Assembly: GCF_000143415.4 (NCBI RefSeq)
Contig: NW_003314309.1
Span: forward strand, 62,001 to 126,000
Direction: 5' to 3'
Source: Selaginella moellendorffii
Lineage: Eukaryota; Plantae; Lycopodiophyta
Length of the DNA: 64,000 nucleotides
Part shown: piece after piece, positions 35,545 through 48,331 of the stretch
How the letters are laid out: every line of letters starts with the position of its first letter
Numbering within the stretch: position 1 is the stretch's first letter
Notes under the pieces: generated by a model
What the model was told of the DNA's origin: nothing
The model's input: only the letters and a program-made list of their open reading frames with translations
Database searches by the model: none
Program-made: the position numbers and the translations under genes

Positions 35545-38500
35545 ATGGCCATGTCTCTCGCGGATTTGCTGCTGCCTTTGTTTCTAATCGTCTTTCTCAC
35601 AAGATCCCGGTCACAGTGCCCCACAAATCCATCCGCAATCGTGAACGACACACAGGTTCTTCTCTCTCTCCGTGACAGGCTTGGCATCAAAGTGTGGAAC
35701 GAGACTGCCAATCCAAGAGCATGGCGGGGAGTGGAGTGGAGCTCGGACAACCAAGTGGAGGGCCTCGCTCTGTCCAGGTATAATCTCTCGGGAGTTTTTC
35801 CTGCCACCTGGGCCGAGCTTCCATCGCTGGCTCGCCTGGACCTCTCGCAAAACGGCCTCTCCTCGCTGGAAGTCCCTTGCAAAAATACGCAGCTCAACCT
35901 CCTCAACTTGAGCTCCAATTCCCTGCAAGAGTTCCCCGGAAATCTCTCCAGCCTCGAGAGTTTGGAAAGCCTGGACCTCAGTGGGAACTTCTTAACAGTG
36001 GCCAGACTCCCAAAGTTTAGCTTGACGCTGCGATCGCTCAACCTGTCCATCAACAACTTAACTGGGAGCTTTTCCATTGGTGGTAACCTGGGACTGGAGG
36101 CACTGGAACTCTCGCACAACGGCCTCAGCGGCTCCATTCCAGAAACTTTCGGGGAGATGACGAACTTGACGCGCCTGGACATATCGTATAACAGGTTTAG
36201 AGGAGATCTACCCGATATTTGGAGCAAGAACTTGGAGCTCAGGTACATGCGTATCTCCGAAAATTCGCTCCAGGGTGGTTTGCCACCGAGCTTGAGAAGG
36301 CTACGCAAGCTCTCGGAATTACACGCTGCATACAACTCTCTCTCCGGGCCACTGGAGCTGGAAGATGGCGACTTTGCAAGCATCGAGGTTTTGAACCTCG
36401 GGGTAAACTGGTTTAGCAGAACGATCCCGGCTACGCTGGGAGGCTTGAGGAACATCAGAGAGATATGGCTCTACAGCAATAACTTGACTGGAACAATCCC
36501 AGGCGAGCTCTCGAAGCTCTCGCATCTCCAGAAGCTGGTTCTCATGGGGAATCGTTTTAGTGGCGCCATTCCAGGCGAGCTCTCGAAGCTCTCGCATCTC
36601 CAGCTGCTGGTTCTCACGGGGAATCGTTTTAGTGGCGCCATACCTCCAGAGCTTGGAAACTGGTCGAACATCAGAGAGATATGGCTCGACAGCAATAACT
36701 TGACTGGAACAATCCCAGGCGAGCTCTCGAAGCTCTCGCATCTCCAGAAGCTGGTTCTCAGGGGGAATCGTTTTAGTGGCGCCATTCCAGGCGAGCTCTC
36801 GAAGCTCTCGCATCTCCAGCTGCTGGTTCTCACGGGGAATCGTTTTAGTGGCGCCATACCTCCGGAGCTTGGAAACTGGTCGAACATCAGAGAGATATGG
36901 CTCGGCAGCAATAACTTGACTGGAACAATCCCAGGCGAGCTCTCGAAGCTCTCGCATCTCCAGCTGCTGGTTCTCACGGGGAATCGTTTTAGTGGCGCCA
37001 TACCTCCAGAGCTTGGAAACTGGTCGAACATCAGAGAGATATGGCTCGACAGCAATAACTTGACTGGAACAATCCCAGGCGAGCTCTCGAAGCTCTCGCA
37101 TCTCCAGCTGCTGGTTCTCACGGGGAATCGTTTTAGTGGCGCCATACCTCCAGAGCTTGGAAACTGGTCGAACATCAGAGAGATATGGCTCGACAGCAAT
37201 AACTTGACTGGAACAATCCCAGGCGAGCTCTCGAAGCTCTCGCATCTCCAGAAGCTGGTTCTCAGGGGGAATCGTTTTAGTGGCGCCATTCCAGGCGAGC
37301 TCTCGAAGCTCTCGCATCTCCAGCTGCTGGTTCTCACGGGGAATCGTTTTAGTGGCGCCATACCTCCGGAGCTTGGAAACTGGTCGAACATCAGAGAGAT
37401 ATGGCTCGGCAGCAATAACTTGACTGGAACAATCCCAGGCGAGCTCTCGAAGCTCTCGCATCTCCAGCTGCTGGTTCTCACGGGGAATCGTTTTAGTGGC
37501 GCCATACCTCCAGAGCTTGGAAACTGGTCGAACATCAGAGAGATATGGCTCGACAGCAATTACTTGACTGGAACAATCCCAGGCGAGCTCTCGAAGCTCT
37601 CGCATCTCCAGATGCTGGTTCTCAACAGGAACGACATGGGCGGGGAGCTCCCTTCCGGACTCTCCAACTGCACCGAGCTCGTTAGTCTCTGGCTGGACCA
37701 GAACAAGTTCTCTGGAAATCTCCCTGACAGCTTCGGGAATTTGAGCCGCCTGTTCCTTCTGTCGCTTTACAGCAACGATCTTGTCGGTTCAATCCCGGCC
37801 ATGTTGCAAAACATGTCGGCTCTGCAGTTCCTCTTCCTCTCAAACAACAGCTTCAGCGGCTCCATACCGGACTGGCTTCCCAGGCTCACGAACTTACGAG
37901 CCATGGACTTCTCGGTTAACAGGTTCTCTGGGGAGATGCCGGAAAGCATTGGCCGACTGTTTGCCAACGTCCAGCTTTACAACAAGAACAAACGGTCTGT
38001 GATGATTCAAACCGGGCAAGGACTCGTCTACAACAGCTTCGCCTTCCCGACCTACATAAACTTCTCCTTCAACCAGCTGACTGGAAGCATTCCAGCTGCC
38101 ATTGGCGACCTCTACAAGCTCCAGGTGCTGGACCTGAGCCACAACCAGCTAACAGGTCCCATTCCCGAGTCCCTGGGGAAGGCAAGGAATCTCTCCGACG
38201 TGGCGCTTGCGAGCAATCGTCTCAATGGCTCCATACCATCGTCCGTGGCGGACCTCTCGTTTCTCACCTTCTTTGACGTCTCCAACAACAGCCTGGTGGG
38301 ACGGATACCTGACAGCCCGCAACTCTCGTCCATGGACGCGGCTCTCTTCGCTGGGAATCAGCTCTGTGGCTTGCCACTGACCAACACCTGTTCGAGCACT
38401 GCTATGCTGCCACATAAGCTTAGAACAGAGGGACAAGGTGGTAGCGAACAGGACCAAACAGAGGTGATAACACTTGTCAGTGTTGCGATCTTCGTGGCAG

Positions 38501-38589
38501 CCTTCTTCAACGCGTTCTTCTGGACCTACTTTGCGGCAAACCACAGAGCTCATTCCCAGCTCTGTGGATGCTGGCAATCAAATCTCTAG
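35545..38589 (+). CDS. LRR receptor-like protein, copy 3, intact, 1014 aa
   Basis: Same architecture as copy 1 with one more LRR module. Continuous ORF. Confidence 0.95.
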   Translation: MAMSLADLLLPLFLIVFLTRSRSQCPTNPSAIVNDTQVLLSLRDRLGIKVWNETANPRAWRGVEWSSDNQVEGLALSRYNLSGVFPATWAELPSLARLDLSQNGLSSLEVPCKNTQLNLLNLSSNSLQEFPGNLSSLESLESLDLSGNFLTVARLPKFSLTLRSLNLSINNLTGSFSIGGNLGLEALELSHNGLSGSIPETFGEMTNLTRLDISYNRFRGDLPDIWSKNLELRYMRISENSLQGGLPPSLRRLRKLSELHAAYNSLSGPLELEDGDFASIEVLNLGVNWFSRTIPATLGGLRNIREIWLYSNNLTGTIPGELSKLSHLQKLVLMGNRFSGAIPGELSKLSHLQLLVLTGNRFSGAIPPELGNWSNIREIWLDSNNLTGTIPGELSKLSHLQKLVLRGNRFSGAIPGELSKLSHLQLLVLTGNRFSGAIPPELGNWSNIREIWLGSNNLTGTIPGELSKLSHLQLLVLTGNRFSGAIPPELGNWSNIREIWLDSNNLTGTIPGELSKLSHLQLLVLTGNRFSGAIPPELGNWSNIREIWLDSNNLTGTIPGELSKLSHLQKLVLRGNRFSGAIPGELSKLSHLQLLVLTGNRFSGAIPPELGNWSNIREIWLGSNNLTGTIPGELSKLSHLQLLVLTGNRFSGAIPPELGNWSNIREIWLDSNYLTGTIPGELSKLSHLQMLVLNRNDMGGELPSGLSNCTELVSLWLDQNKFSGNLPDSFGNLSRLFLLSLYSNDLVGSIPAMLQNMSALQFLFLSNNSFSGSIPDWLPRLTNLRAMDFSVNRFSGEMPESIGRLFANVQLYNKNKRSVMIQTGQGLVYNSFAFPTYINFSFNQLTGSIPAAIGDLYKLQVLDLSHNQLTGPIPESLGKARNLSDVALASNRLNGSIPSSVADLSFLTFFDVSNNSLVGRIPDSPQLSSMDAALFAGNQLCGLPLTNTCSSTAMLPHKLRTEGQGGSEQDQTEVITLVSVAIFVAAFFNAFFWTYFAANHRAHSQLCGCWQSNL
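36445..37596 (+). repeat. Coding tandem array of 16 x 72-bp LRR modules with a 504-bp higher-order repeat in RLP copy 3
   Basis: CTCAGGGGGAAT occurs at 36757 and 37261 (504 bp apart). Modules 4-9 recur as modules 11-16. Confidence 0.95.
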
Positions 38590-40902
38590 CTCGTCCACCA
38601 TGTTGCTGCCGTCCTTTCTACCTTCCAGTTTGTAATCCATCACGACCGCTTGATGAAGTGAACTCTTCTTATCCGCTTTCAAGGCCGCCTCCTGTATAGT
38701 CTTGAGCTTATCATGATCCTCCCACAGCCCCACCCTCCGGTAGATGCTCGCCATCAGAACGTACGCAGCCGAGTCATTCTCGTCGATTCTTCGTCAGTGC
38801 CTCGAACGCAATCCTCCCCACTTCCACTTACGGCAGGCCCCGAGGACGCTCCTCCAAACCCCAGCATCCGCTCTCAAAGGCATGCTCTCGAGGACTTTCA
38901 CGGCCTCTTCCAGTCGGTTAAGAGATCCACCAAGCTGCTGTAGTGATGAATCCCGCAAACAATGCCAGAGTCCGGGTCCATTGCCTGGAAAAACTCCCTG
39001 CCTCGTTCAACTAGGCCGCCGTGGCTGCAAGCAGTGATGACCGAGACAAATGTGATTGCGTTTGCTCGCACGCCATCTTCTCGCATCTCGCGAAAGGCTT
39101 CGAACACGCGCGACATGTCACCCTGTTGGCCGAATCCCGTGATCAGTGCATTCCAGGCGACGATATCTCGGACTGCCAGAGATCCAAACAAGTGCTCGGC
39201 CGCACTCATAACTCCGCACTTCCTGTAGAAGTTTACTCCCCACAACTTGATCGTCTTCCAGCCCACGCCTGTAAAGATCAGCCTAGGCCGTAAGTCCCGC
39301 TACAAGAGTCCGAGAGTTTGGAGCACAGTCCACTGCAAGAGTTCCAGCCGGAGCTCACTCTCACCGTTGTCTATATATCCCTGTATCAAGCTCGTCCAAA
39401 CGACAACGTCCCGGCTAGGCATGCGTTTGAAAACTGCTCGAGCTTTCACCATATCTCCACACTTGGCATACATGTCCACCAAGCTGCTCCCGACAAATCT
39501 GTGCTCGCAGCGTCCAAACTTCGCGGCGAGAGAATGAATCTCCATCCCCTTTTCTAGGCTCTGGATTCGCACTAGCTTTCCATCTTCTCACGGAACAGGT
39601 GGCTCGGACGCTGAAAGCGCAGCAACAAACGTTCTCTCGTCCGGATCGTCCTCCCGAGCCATGCCGAAGAACAGCTCCAAGGCCAGCTTGCTGTCTCCAC
39701 TTACATCGGCCAGCCATGCCATCGAAGACCTTGCGAGCTTCCTCTAGTTGTTTGAAGCTTCACCGTGGATAGCCACCCCGGTTTCCAAGCTCTTTCTCTT
39801 CACGAGTTGCCGTCGACATCCACCGCTTCTTCTCGCATTGCCGAGCTCGCACAGGCGGCAAGCGCAGCAACACACGTCCGAGAGCTTGGACAGCACCCAG
39901 ATAGCTTCATATCTTCGAAGAACACGAGAGCCAGCTCGCTTTCCCCGTTGTCCACAAAGCCTTGTATCAAGCTCGTCCAGAGCACGACATCACGACGAGG
40001 CATGCTCTCGAAAACCATCCGCGCGTCGACCATGCTCCCACACTTTGAGTACCTGTCACTTGGCTGCTCCCCAGGAAGATATCTCCACAGCAGTGGCTTT
40101 TCACAGCTCCATCGTGAACAGCGAGCTCCTTCTCCAGGCTCTTCGTCTTCACCATCTTTTGGTGGCCTCCTCTTTCACTGCTAGATTCGCACAGCCCTTG
40201 GCAGCAGCAACGAAAGTCCGAGAGTTTGGCGAGCAGCCCATCTTCCCAAAGAACTCGAGAGCGACCTCGCTTTCTCCATTCTCTACGTAGCCCAGTATCA
40301 ACGCGTTCCAGGAGACCACGTCTCACTGTGGCATCTCGTCGAAGACCGATCGAGCATCGAGCATGATGCCGCACTTAGCTCGAGAGGAAAACGTCTTCGC
40401 TGCAAGACGGTCCCATCTGCTTGGCTTGAGAATGGATGCCTCTGCCGGTCTCGAGACTAGCCTCCTTGACGAGCTTCCCATCGACCAAAACAGCGTCTTC
40501 CTTCGCCGCGAGGCTGCTACAAGCCTTTGCCGCGTCCTGGAGTTTGGCTTGCAGCCCGACCGCCTGGCTTGCATCCTCTCGAAGAGATCCAGAGCCACAT
40601 CGCCCAGACGTAGCCCAGCATCAAGGACATCACGTTTGGGTGAAGAATGCTGTCGAACACACGGCGGGAATCCTCCATGCTGCCGCATTTCGCGTACATG
40701 TCCACAAGCGCATTGACAACATGGATCCCCAGCTGCTTGCTCTCCGCCGCCTGGGCGTGGATCGCCCAGGCGCAAATTGCCCTTGCGCAAATCCGTTGTG
40801 ACCTTCAACGCCGACACCTGCTGATCGGGCGCCCGCGGCGGCGCTGCCGAAGGAGCGAATGCTGGTGCGGCGCATCGAATCGCTGCCGTCGCCAAGACTC
40901 AT
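38578..40902 (-). pseudogene. PLS/E-class PPR pseudogene, copy 3
   Basis: PPR motifs split across frames, with extra deletions. Confidence 0.9.
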
Positions 40903-40999
40903 CCATCGCAAGAACCCTAAACATTTGCTAGCAACATGGAAATTCAACCAAGGCCGTCGATTCAAGAATATCTGACGGTTGGAAATGAATCGGGGATGG

Positions 41000-41460
41000 A
41001 AAAACCTTGAGGTACTCAGGAAAAATCGCCCTGTACAACCCAGCGTAGCCTTGGGTGCGAACAATGTGCCTCAGCGCGCTCGCAATCCCAGGCTTGTAAG
41101 CCGGTGTCCATCTCCGGTCGCCCTCGAGTTAAGTCGATCGGAAACACCGCTGAAAACAGGAACTATGGCGATCACGCTCTTAAGACTCTTACCTGTTGAG
41201 GCAGCGATTCCTGCTACTCCACCGGAGATCAAGCTTGTCACCATCCTACTCGGGCCTGAAAGTAAACATGTAACGCCAGGAAGCCTAAGCTTGTCAAAAC
41301 GGTGTTTACCAATGCGATGCTGCTCTGTGCTTATAAAGCTTTTCCAAAAATTCCTCACACTCCAAAACTAAAAAAAAATCCAACTTTGAGCGTTCCAGTA
41401 GTTGTAGAGAGTGTCATACAAGCAGAAGTTTATCGCAATTGTTGGGCCTAAGTCTGTGGC
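41000..41460 (-). pseudogene. Mitochondrial carrier gene fragment, copy 3
   Basis: Paralog of 22700-23160. Confidence 0.72.
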
Positions 41461-42864
41461 ATTTGGCAGGGAGGAAAACCAATACCAAAAGCATCGGTCA
41501 GAGTTCCTTATAAAGGCTAAGAAAGCTCTCCTGTTGATGGATTGTGGAAAGCGTGTGATAGATGCGGACGCACAGCAACATCTACATGCAAGAGCACAAA
41601 AGCTGTAAAGGGAACAACTAACAACAAAGATCACAAAGCTCAAGGTGAGGAAATTCAGGAGAAGACTCCAGAACAAGATCCTAAACATGTAACCACCTTG
41701 CAGGTTCCAAACTGACAGTTGTCAAACCAGTGTAACGTGAACATGACCCAGCAGGAGCAGTCTCCAGCATCTCCACCGCACACAGCAACACCAACACAAC
41801 CAGCTCTCAATGCCGACACCGACAACATGCCACATCATTGCAAACACCACAGTTGAGAGCATCCCGAGCAAGAGTGACGCTGCAAGCCTGAGCTTACACT
41901 GGATCTTAAGCTTGGCATTTTTCCAGTTTGTGGACAAAATGCAGTGTCTCCAGTCAACACTATAGATGCCAATACCAGCAGATTTTGCAAGGCTTTTCCA
42001 CGACAAGCAGATGAGCATTTTCATGCGAGACAGAGTCCAATCAACACCTTTGTCTACCAGCCCCTAGATGTGAAGCTCACGAAGATCCAGAACCATATTC
42101 TCCAGCTCAAGAGGAGCATTTGAGGTACAACTTTCTAGGAATTTGTATGCACAAAGACTTAGCACATGAATAAGGAACTCCCCAAGGAGAATGCAGAGCT
42201 TCTCCCCAAGGAGAATGCAGAGCTTCGCAATGAGATCTGACAGCTCAAGGTGAAGCAGCTGTAGGGATAGGGTGCATTACAACAGAAGAACAAGTTCAAG
42301 AATGAGCTCTCTGGAGTCATAGCAGCAATAAAACAGCCCAATGCCATGGAGAAGTGAGAGCTTCAAAATGAAACTCAACTCAGTTGTGGGAGAAAGTGGA
42401 GCATTGAAAATCAACTTTATATTTAGAAACATCATCCTAAGTCTTGAAATTTAAATCTTAAGACTCAAGAACAGGAATGAGTGGCAGTTGCCCCATGTAG
42501 AACTAATTAAGGAGGTGAGTTAACACTCAAACTTTATCCCTTTTTTTTGTACTCTAGCTTTCCATCATTAATGCATGTCTATTTGCTCAAAATCTAGAGT
42601 ACTCAAGCGATACCAAGTTTATCTTTGCTTATGACTTCAACAAAAGCCTTCATAGGGATTGAAGGACTCAAGTCATTCCTTTTTTACTTTTTATATGTTT
42701 ATTTGTGTCTAGCTAAAGCAAAATGCAAAATCAAGTCAAACAAGTGTAGTAGTAAGCATCCACTCTACTCTTACCTTCTTTTCTCTTTCATTCTTATTTT
42801 CTTTTCCTCTTTCTTTCTTTTCTAGTACAAGTTTTTAACATATAGACTTTTACCCAAGTTTCTA

Positions 42865-43614
42865 GGAATGGCTTGTTTTGACATTTAAAAGAATGATTGC
42901 AAAACATATGAACTTTCAGCATTTAGATTGGGATGGGTATTTGCTGTTTCTTTGGTATATGTATATCACAGGGTATAAAATTCCATTAGTGCTTCACCTT
43001 ATAAACTTTTATATGGTCATTATTCGATATTACTAATGGAGTTGAGTTTACCTTCGTGATTGCTATAAGCTGCCAATACTAAGTTTTGGGATTAACAGTT
43101 GATGAGCATTTTTCCACTCATTCGAGTGGAGTTTATTAAGCACTTAGGCTGTGTATAAGTGGGATAATACCAGCACAACAACTTCCATCATCGTTCACCA
43201 ATGGAGTATAAAGTGGATGATTTGGTGTTAATCCATTTTCCTAATGTTACAATATATGGTTTGTCTAAGAGGCTCCTTATTCAGTAAGTTAAACTACACG
43301 TTTATAAAGTTTGGCAAAACATTTAACAAACTAATCCTATATATATGCAATAACTTAAATCTTTTGTATAAAGGGATCAGACACCATCTACAAATCTACC
43401 AGTGTCTCCTCCTGATGTTCCTCTAGATCCTAGCCTGTCAACTTGAAAACTTTAACTACCTTTCATCCTTCTAAAAGAATAAGATAATATGAGGTCTAAG
43501 TGTATAGCTATGATATTGTATATAAATAGTAGTATAATTTTCAAACCACTCACTTTTGTATATAAACTATGGTTTTTTGGTTAATTAAGATGCATATTTC
43601 TATATGCACTAAGA
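42865..43614 (+). mobile_element. Old gypsy integrase/LTR remnant, unit 3
   Basis: Paralog of 7637-8422. Confidence 0.8.
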
Positions 43615-44041
43615 GTGCTACTTAAACTATAAATGAGGCTAGAAAATAAACCCTTTTTATGGCATCTTTCTCAATATTAGATCAAGAGAGTAATAAATAA
43701 CTCACTGAAGTTATCAGTCTTTATACTTTTTCTTAGTGAAAATCTTATAACTTAATATACATATCTAATCAATATAATTCATTGGGAGTAGGTAAAAATA
43801 CCATAATATAACTAGTAAATTTTAGAAATATATTAAATTTACTTTTAAATAGGACAGAAAAAAAAGTTAAATAGAGAATGGATAAAAGTGAAAATACAAG
43901 TGATAGAGAAGAAACCATTGATATTTTATCCACTTGAAAAGTTTTTCACCACTTAAGAAATAATAAGCTTAAATAGAATATTTTAATTCCTTTTGAAAAA
44001 TTAAATATCCTTAATTTTTTTAAGGGGAAAAATTAAGAAGC

Positions 44042-44435
44042 TGTAAGCTCCTGAATTTAGACTTCTTAGGAAGTCACCCAACCCAGTACTATTCAAACCT
44101 AAGGACATTTATCCCAAAACTCTTAATCGATTGGAAAAAAGGGTACACTTTTATTTATAGGCCTTTTCTTTTTATATTTGAACCTTATGAACTGTCTCTC
44201 AAATTATTTTCTTTGGTTGTTAAGAATCCATTACACTTTCTTGCAAATTCACGCCCTCATGAACGGAAGTTGGGAGCCACAGCTCTCCAAAGAACCCTAC
44301 TTTTTTGACACCCTACCCCTTGGGTTGAGCATAGCCAAAGCAAACTGAACTTGCCAAATATCAATCAACATGTAATGCAATTCCTTTAACCAACTAACAA
44401 TATGGACTGTTTCTTGAGTTGTTCTTTTTTGTTGC
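44042..44435 (-). mobile_element. Cassandra-type TRIM, internally deleted copy (unit 3)
   Basis: 5S-like segment at ~44061-44110. Same deletion junction as unit 1 (AACAATAT(A/G)GAC). Confidence 0.8.
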
Positions 44436-44903
44436 ATTTGAGGTTACCAAATGGTATTACTTAAAAAACAAGCAATTGTAGTGCATATAGTTTTTACCTT
44501 TTATAAAAATGAAGTGGAACCTAAACCCTCTATATGCCATGTGTCATCCAAAGGACAGTGGTGTGGAACTCGAGTTTCAAAGCCTTGGGCCATTGAACAA
44601 AAGAATGGTGCCAAACTTTTAAGTATGAACCCAAGGAGCCAACGTATTATAGTGACTTGGAACAATCCTAGAGCATTTAATATCCCAATGCTAGGACTAA
44701 CATATAGTGTTATTTCAACATACTAATGGCATAATACAAAGATATAGGTACTTCACCAACTAATATCATATAGAACTTGGGCTTAAACCCAGAACAAGGA
44801 CAAACACGCAAACAAGAGCTAAATTATACCTCAATTTAGCCAACATGCCCAATCTACCCATTATCCCTACTATATATATGGAACCCCCCATAGCACTGAG
44901 CTG

Positions 44904-47900
44904 GAGCTTGTAGAGGAACATCACCTTTTGTGCCACTTCTTGCACTAAGCTTTTGTCAAGGTCTCCTTCCAGGCTCTCCACAAGATATGACATATGGTAT
45001 GCTTGAACCTGGCTGGGAAAGAGCTTCACCACCTCCGTGACGTTCAAGTAGTGAGTAACGACGAGCGTGAAGCATTGAACCTCTTGGAGAAGGTGATGGA
45101 GCGTCGCATACGCGATGGGGATGCCGTCGTGCGTGCTGGTTCCTCTTCCCAGCTCGTCGATGACTACCAGCGAGCGAGAAGTTGCCTTGTGGAGAATAGT
45201 TGAAGCTTCGCTCAGCTCCTCGAAAAACGTACTGGAGCCCCTCTGGATTCTGTCCATCGCCCCCATTCTCGTAAACACGGCATCAAATACATGCAGTTTG
45301 GCTGTCGCGGCTGGAACATACGATCCTATCTGCACGATAACAAAACATACGGAGTGAAAAGAAATAAAGATACTGGGACATGATTGTGATTAGAGCAACT
45401 TGACGGATGTAGCAACTTTTACCACCCATGTTTGGACCAGTGATTATTTGCGATCGTTCACCCTCACCAGAAACAACTGTGTCATTTGGTACAAATGCAT
45501 CTTGCAGAGTCGAATCTAGGACCTGCTCACGGAAAGAAATCTCAGTAAAAATATTAAACGACAAGAGCAAAAGAAACAAACCGGATGTCGACCACCTTCT
45601 ATCTTCAAAAGGCACGCTTCATCCACGAACTCCGGTCGAACATACCCCTGAAGCACATTTTCATTCAGATAAGCGTTGAAAAACACAAGGAGACAGACCT
45701 GATTGCACGAGACAACAGCAAGGGAATAAAGACAGTCGAGAGCTGCTAGTGCCTGTACTGCAGCCCGGAACTCCATGTGATAGGAGGTAAAGTCAGTCAG
45801 GAACATGTCCCATGCTTTGGCGCAAGATATATTTAATTGCTCCTTTGCAAGTGCCATTCTTTCCGATGCTTCCAAGACCTCCGGAGGATGAAAGCGGTTT
45901 GCCTTTTTCGTACTGTTTATTTTAACCCAATCTGCAGGTACACGCTGCGCACATGGAACCTGAAACTACAAGCTTTTAGCAATCAAATAACTGAATTGAG
46001 AAAAAGAAGGTACCTGGACCAAAAACGACGTTCCCGAGACGCTCAAGTATTCCAGATTTGAACACTTCAACAGTTTCCGATAACTGGGAAGAAAACTTTC
46101 GAGATCCTCCTCAATACTTTTTATGGTCTCTTTGCATTCGTCTACCTGAAACACGACTTAAACGAAGTCTGGGAAACGATAACAAAACCTCGGGAAACTG
46201 GCCGGCAACAAACAAGTTAATCTTATCCCCGGCAGCTGCTGCCTCTGCATTCAAACTCGTCACAAGCTTGTTTGCGTGATCTATCACTGAAGTTGAAGTC
46301 ACTGCGGAGATTAGCCTGCTGAGGAGCGCAGACCTGGCGTCGCGAACCCGTTGAAACTGGGACGCTGCTTTCATAATCGCATTAATCACGTTAATGAACT
46401 GCAGCAAACATTACGGTCAGAAAAGAATAACATACAGGATTACAGAAAAGCAAAGGTACCTCATACGTTGTTGCTGTTTTGTGATAAATTCTTGTGATAC
46501 CACGCTCAAGATCAGGCGATTTTCCCAGCAGCAACAACGTTGAAGCTAAAGTTGCAACTGTTGTACCTCTGCCTTTATCTCCAATGGATTCGGCAATTTC
46601 CGCAACGGCGTCTAAACGTTGAGAAATGAGCATGCGGTCTCTTAACGGATGGGTCACCTGAAAATAGACATGAATGAAAAAACGAAAAATCCAAAATTGT
46701 GACTGAGACCAAACTCCTTACCCAATACTTAAGCAGCCTCGCGCCAAAAGCAGTTTTTGTGTGGTTCATAAGCCAGAATAAAGATCCGTTTTCAGTACCA
46801 TCAGTTTGGTTATGTAGAATCTAGAAAGAAAAAACTTGTTACTGGCAAGTAAACATCGCATTCAGTGGTTACCTCAAGCTGGCGGATGGTATTGGGCGAG
46901 AGCGTCATCTCTTGCTGCCCGGCAAATGGTCGGAAAAGAGCTCCTAAGCGCAATACATTTTCCAGATGAAACTGCTTCAGATAAGCAAATATATGCGCAA
47001 ACGCAGCAACCACGATTTCTGGCATCGTCATCAACGCCTGCAAACTTCAATTCTCATCCGATAGTGTAATCAAGACAACTAGAAAATCACCTCCAGCCCT
47101 CCATCAACCTTCTCGTCCAGACAGCCTTTCTTAGAAGGCGCCAAGCTCCCGTAGAAGTCCGCAAGAGCAGCAACAGGACCGCCATTTTCAAACGAGTTCT
47201 CAGGCGTCTTCTCGACTCGAACATCCGCTGCGCCTGCATAGTCCATCAACAACTATAGAAAAATCACCATCATTCATATACAACCCGATCAGAGAAAAGA
47301 AAACAGCTTACCTTCTTTGTAGAAGCGGACAAGGACGCAGATAAAAGAAGTTCTGCGGGAGCACACGCAAGCAACCGTGATTCCAGTTCCGTCCTGGTGA
47401 CAGTGTCCATGAAGTGACCATACATCACGTCTCCGGTCGAGGTTTCCACGGCCACCACCCCAAATCTAGCATCAAAACTTCCCCTCACTTCATCCTTTCC
47501 AGCGTTGGCCTTGCGCTCGGTGATTGCCTCCTCCACAACACACATGATATAGCTGCTCAGACGAATAGGTCCATCCCTTTCCCCGCTCTCTTCTCCCCCA
47601 AGAAACTCGCCCGCCTCGAGCGTGGCCTTGGTATATAGCGCCGAGAGATCTCTCGAGAACGGGCCAGCCTTGTTCGTCCCGTGAGCTTTGATAGCCGCTG
47701 TCTCGGTCTGCTTGACAACGCCAACTTTGTAGCCAGCTTCCACAAGCCTTCTCACATGTACGTGCAGCCGGAACGTTGGAACGCTGGCAGTGAGAAAGTT
47801 GTGGCTGTAGTAAGCAACGATTCCCAAAACATTGGCTGCTTTCTCCGCATCCTCTCCGAAAAATCGAAACTTGTATCCCACCTCGACCATGAGAAGGACG

Positions 47901-48307
47901 TCTGGGAATTTCTTCTTGAGCTCCACAATCTGCTGCTCCAGAGGAGTAAGCTTCTCCTTCCTTGACGGCGGCTTTCCATAAAAGGAGGGATTTCCACCAC
48001 CGCCATCCCTGTCCCCCTCTCCAAGAAGAACATCTACAAACTTTCTACGCCTGTCTTTAATCGCTTCCCCCGATACTCCGCAATCGGCATCCTTCCCATC
48101 GCCCGACCCGGCGTCTACATCTAAATTCAAGCACCGTTTCTTACTCGCGCTGGCCGCATTCTCGGCTGATCGCCTGAGATGATACGGCGATGGCCACACA
48201 AGTGTGGGAGCCCGCGATGCATCGGTCTCACCTCGCTTGAAGAAGCTGGGGATGATCGCCTGGCCCTTGGCGGCGGCAGCGCCCTCGTCCTTCTTTCTCT
48301 TTCCCAT
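44904..48307 (-). pseudogene. MSH3: MSH3, near-complete but C-terminally truncated; one splice donor deleted (unit 3)
   Basis: Intact domain I exon (47270-48307), Walker A GPNMGGKS and Walker B DELGRGTST. A 9-bp deletion at ~45372 removes the GT donor present in unit 1. Homology stops at FLYKL, before the SFG/helix-turn-helix region. Confidence 0.85.
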
Positions 48308-48331
48308 TCAAAAACTTATAAACCCTAAGAT

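Noticed and set aside
44766-44903. Hydrophobic C-terminal extension of unit 3 MSH3 as a membrane anchor
   Set aside because: It is read-through into unrelated sequence past the truncation. Unit 1 has a stop at the same point, and an upstream splice donor is lost in unit 3.
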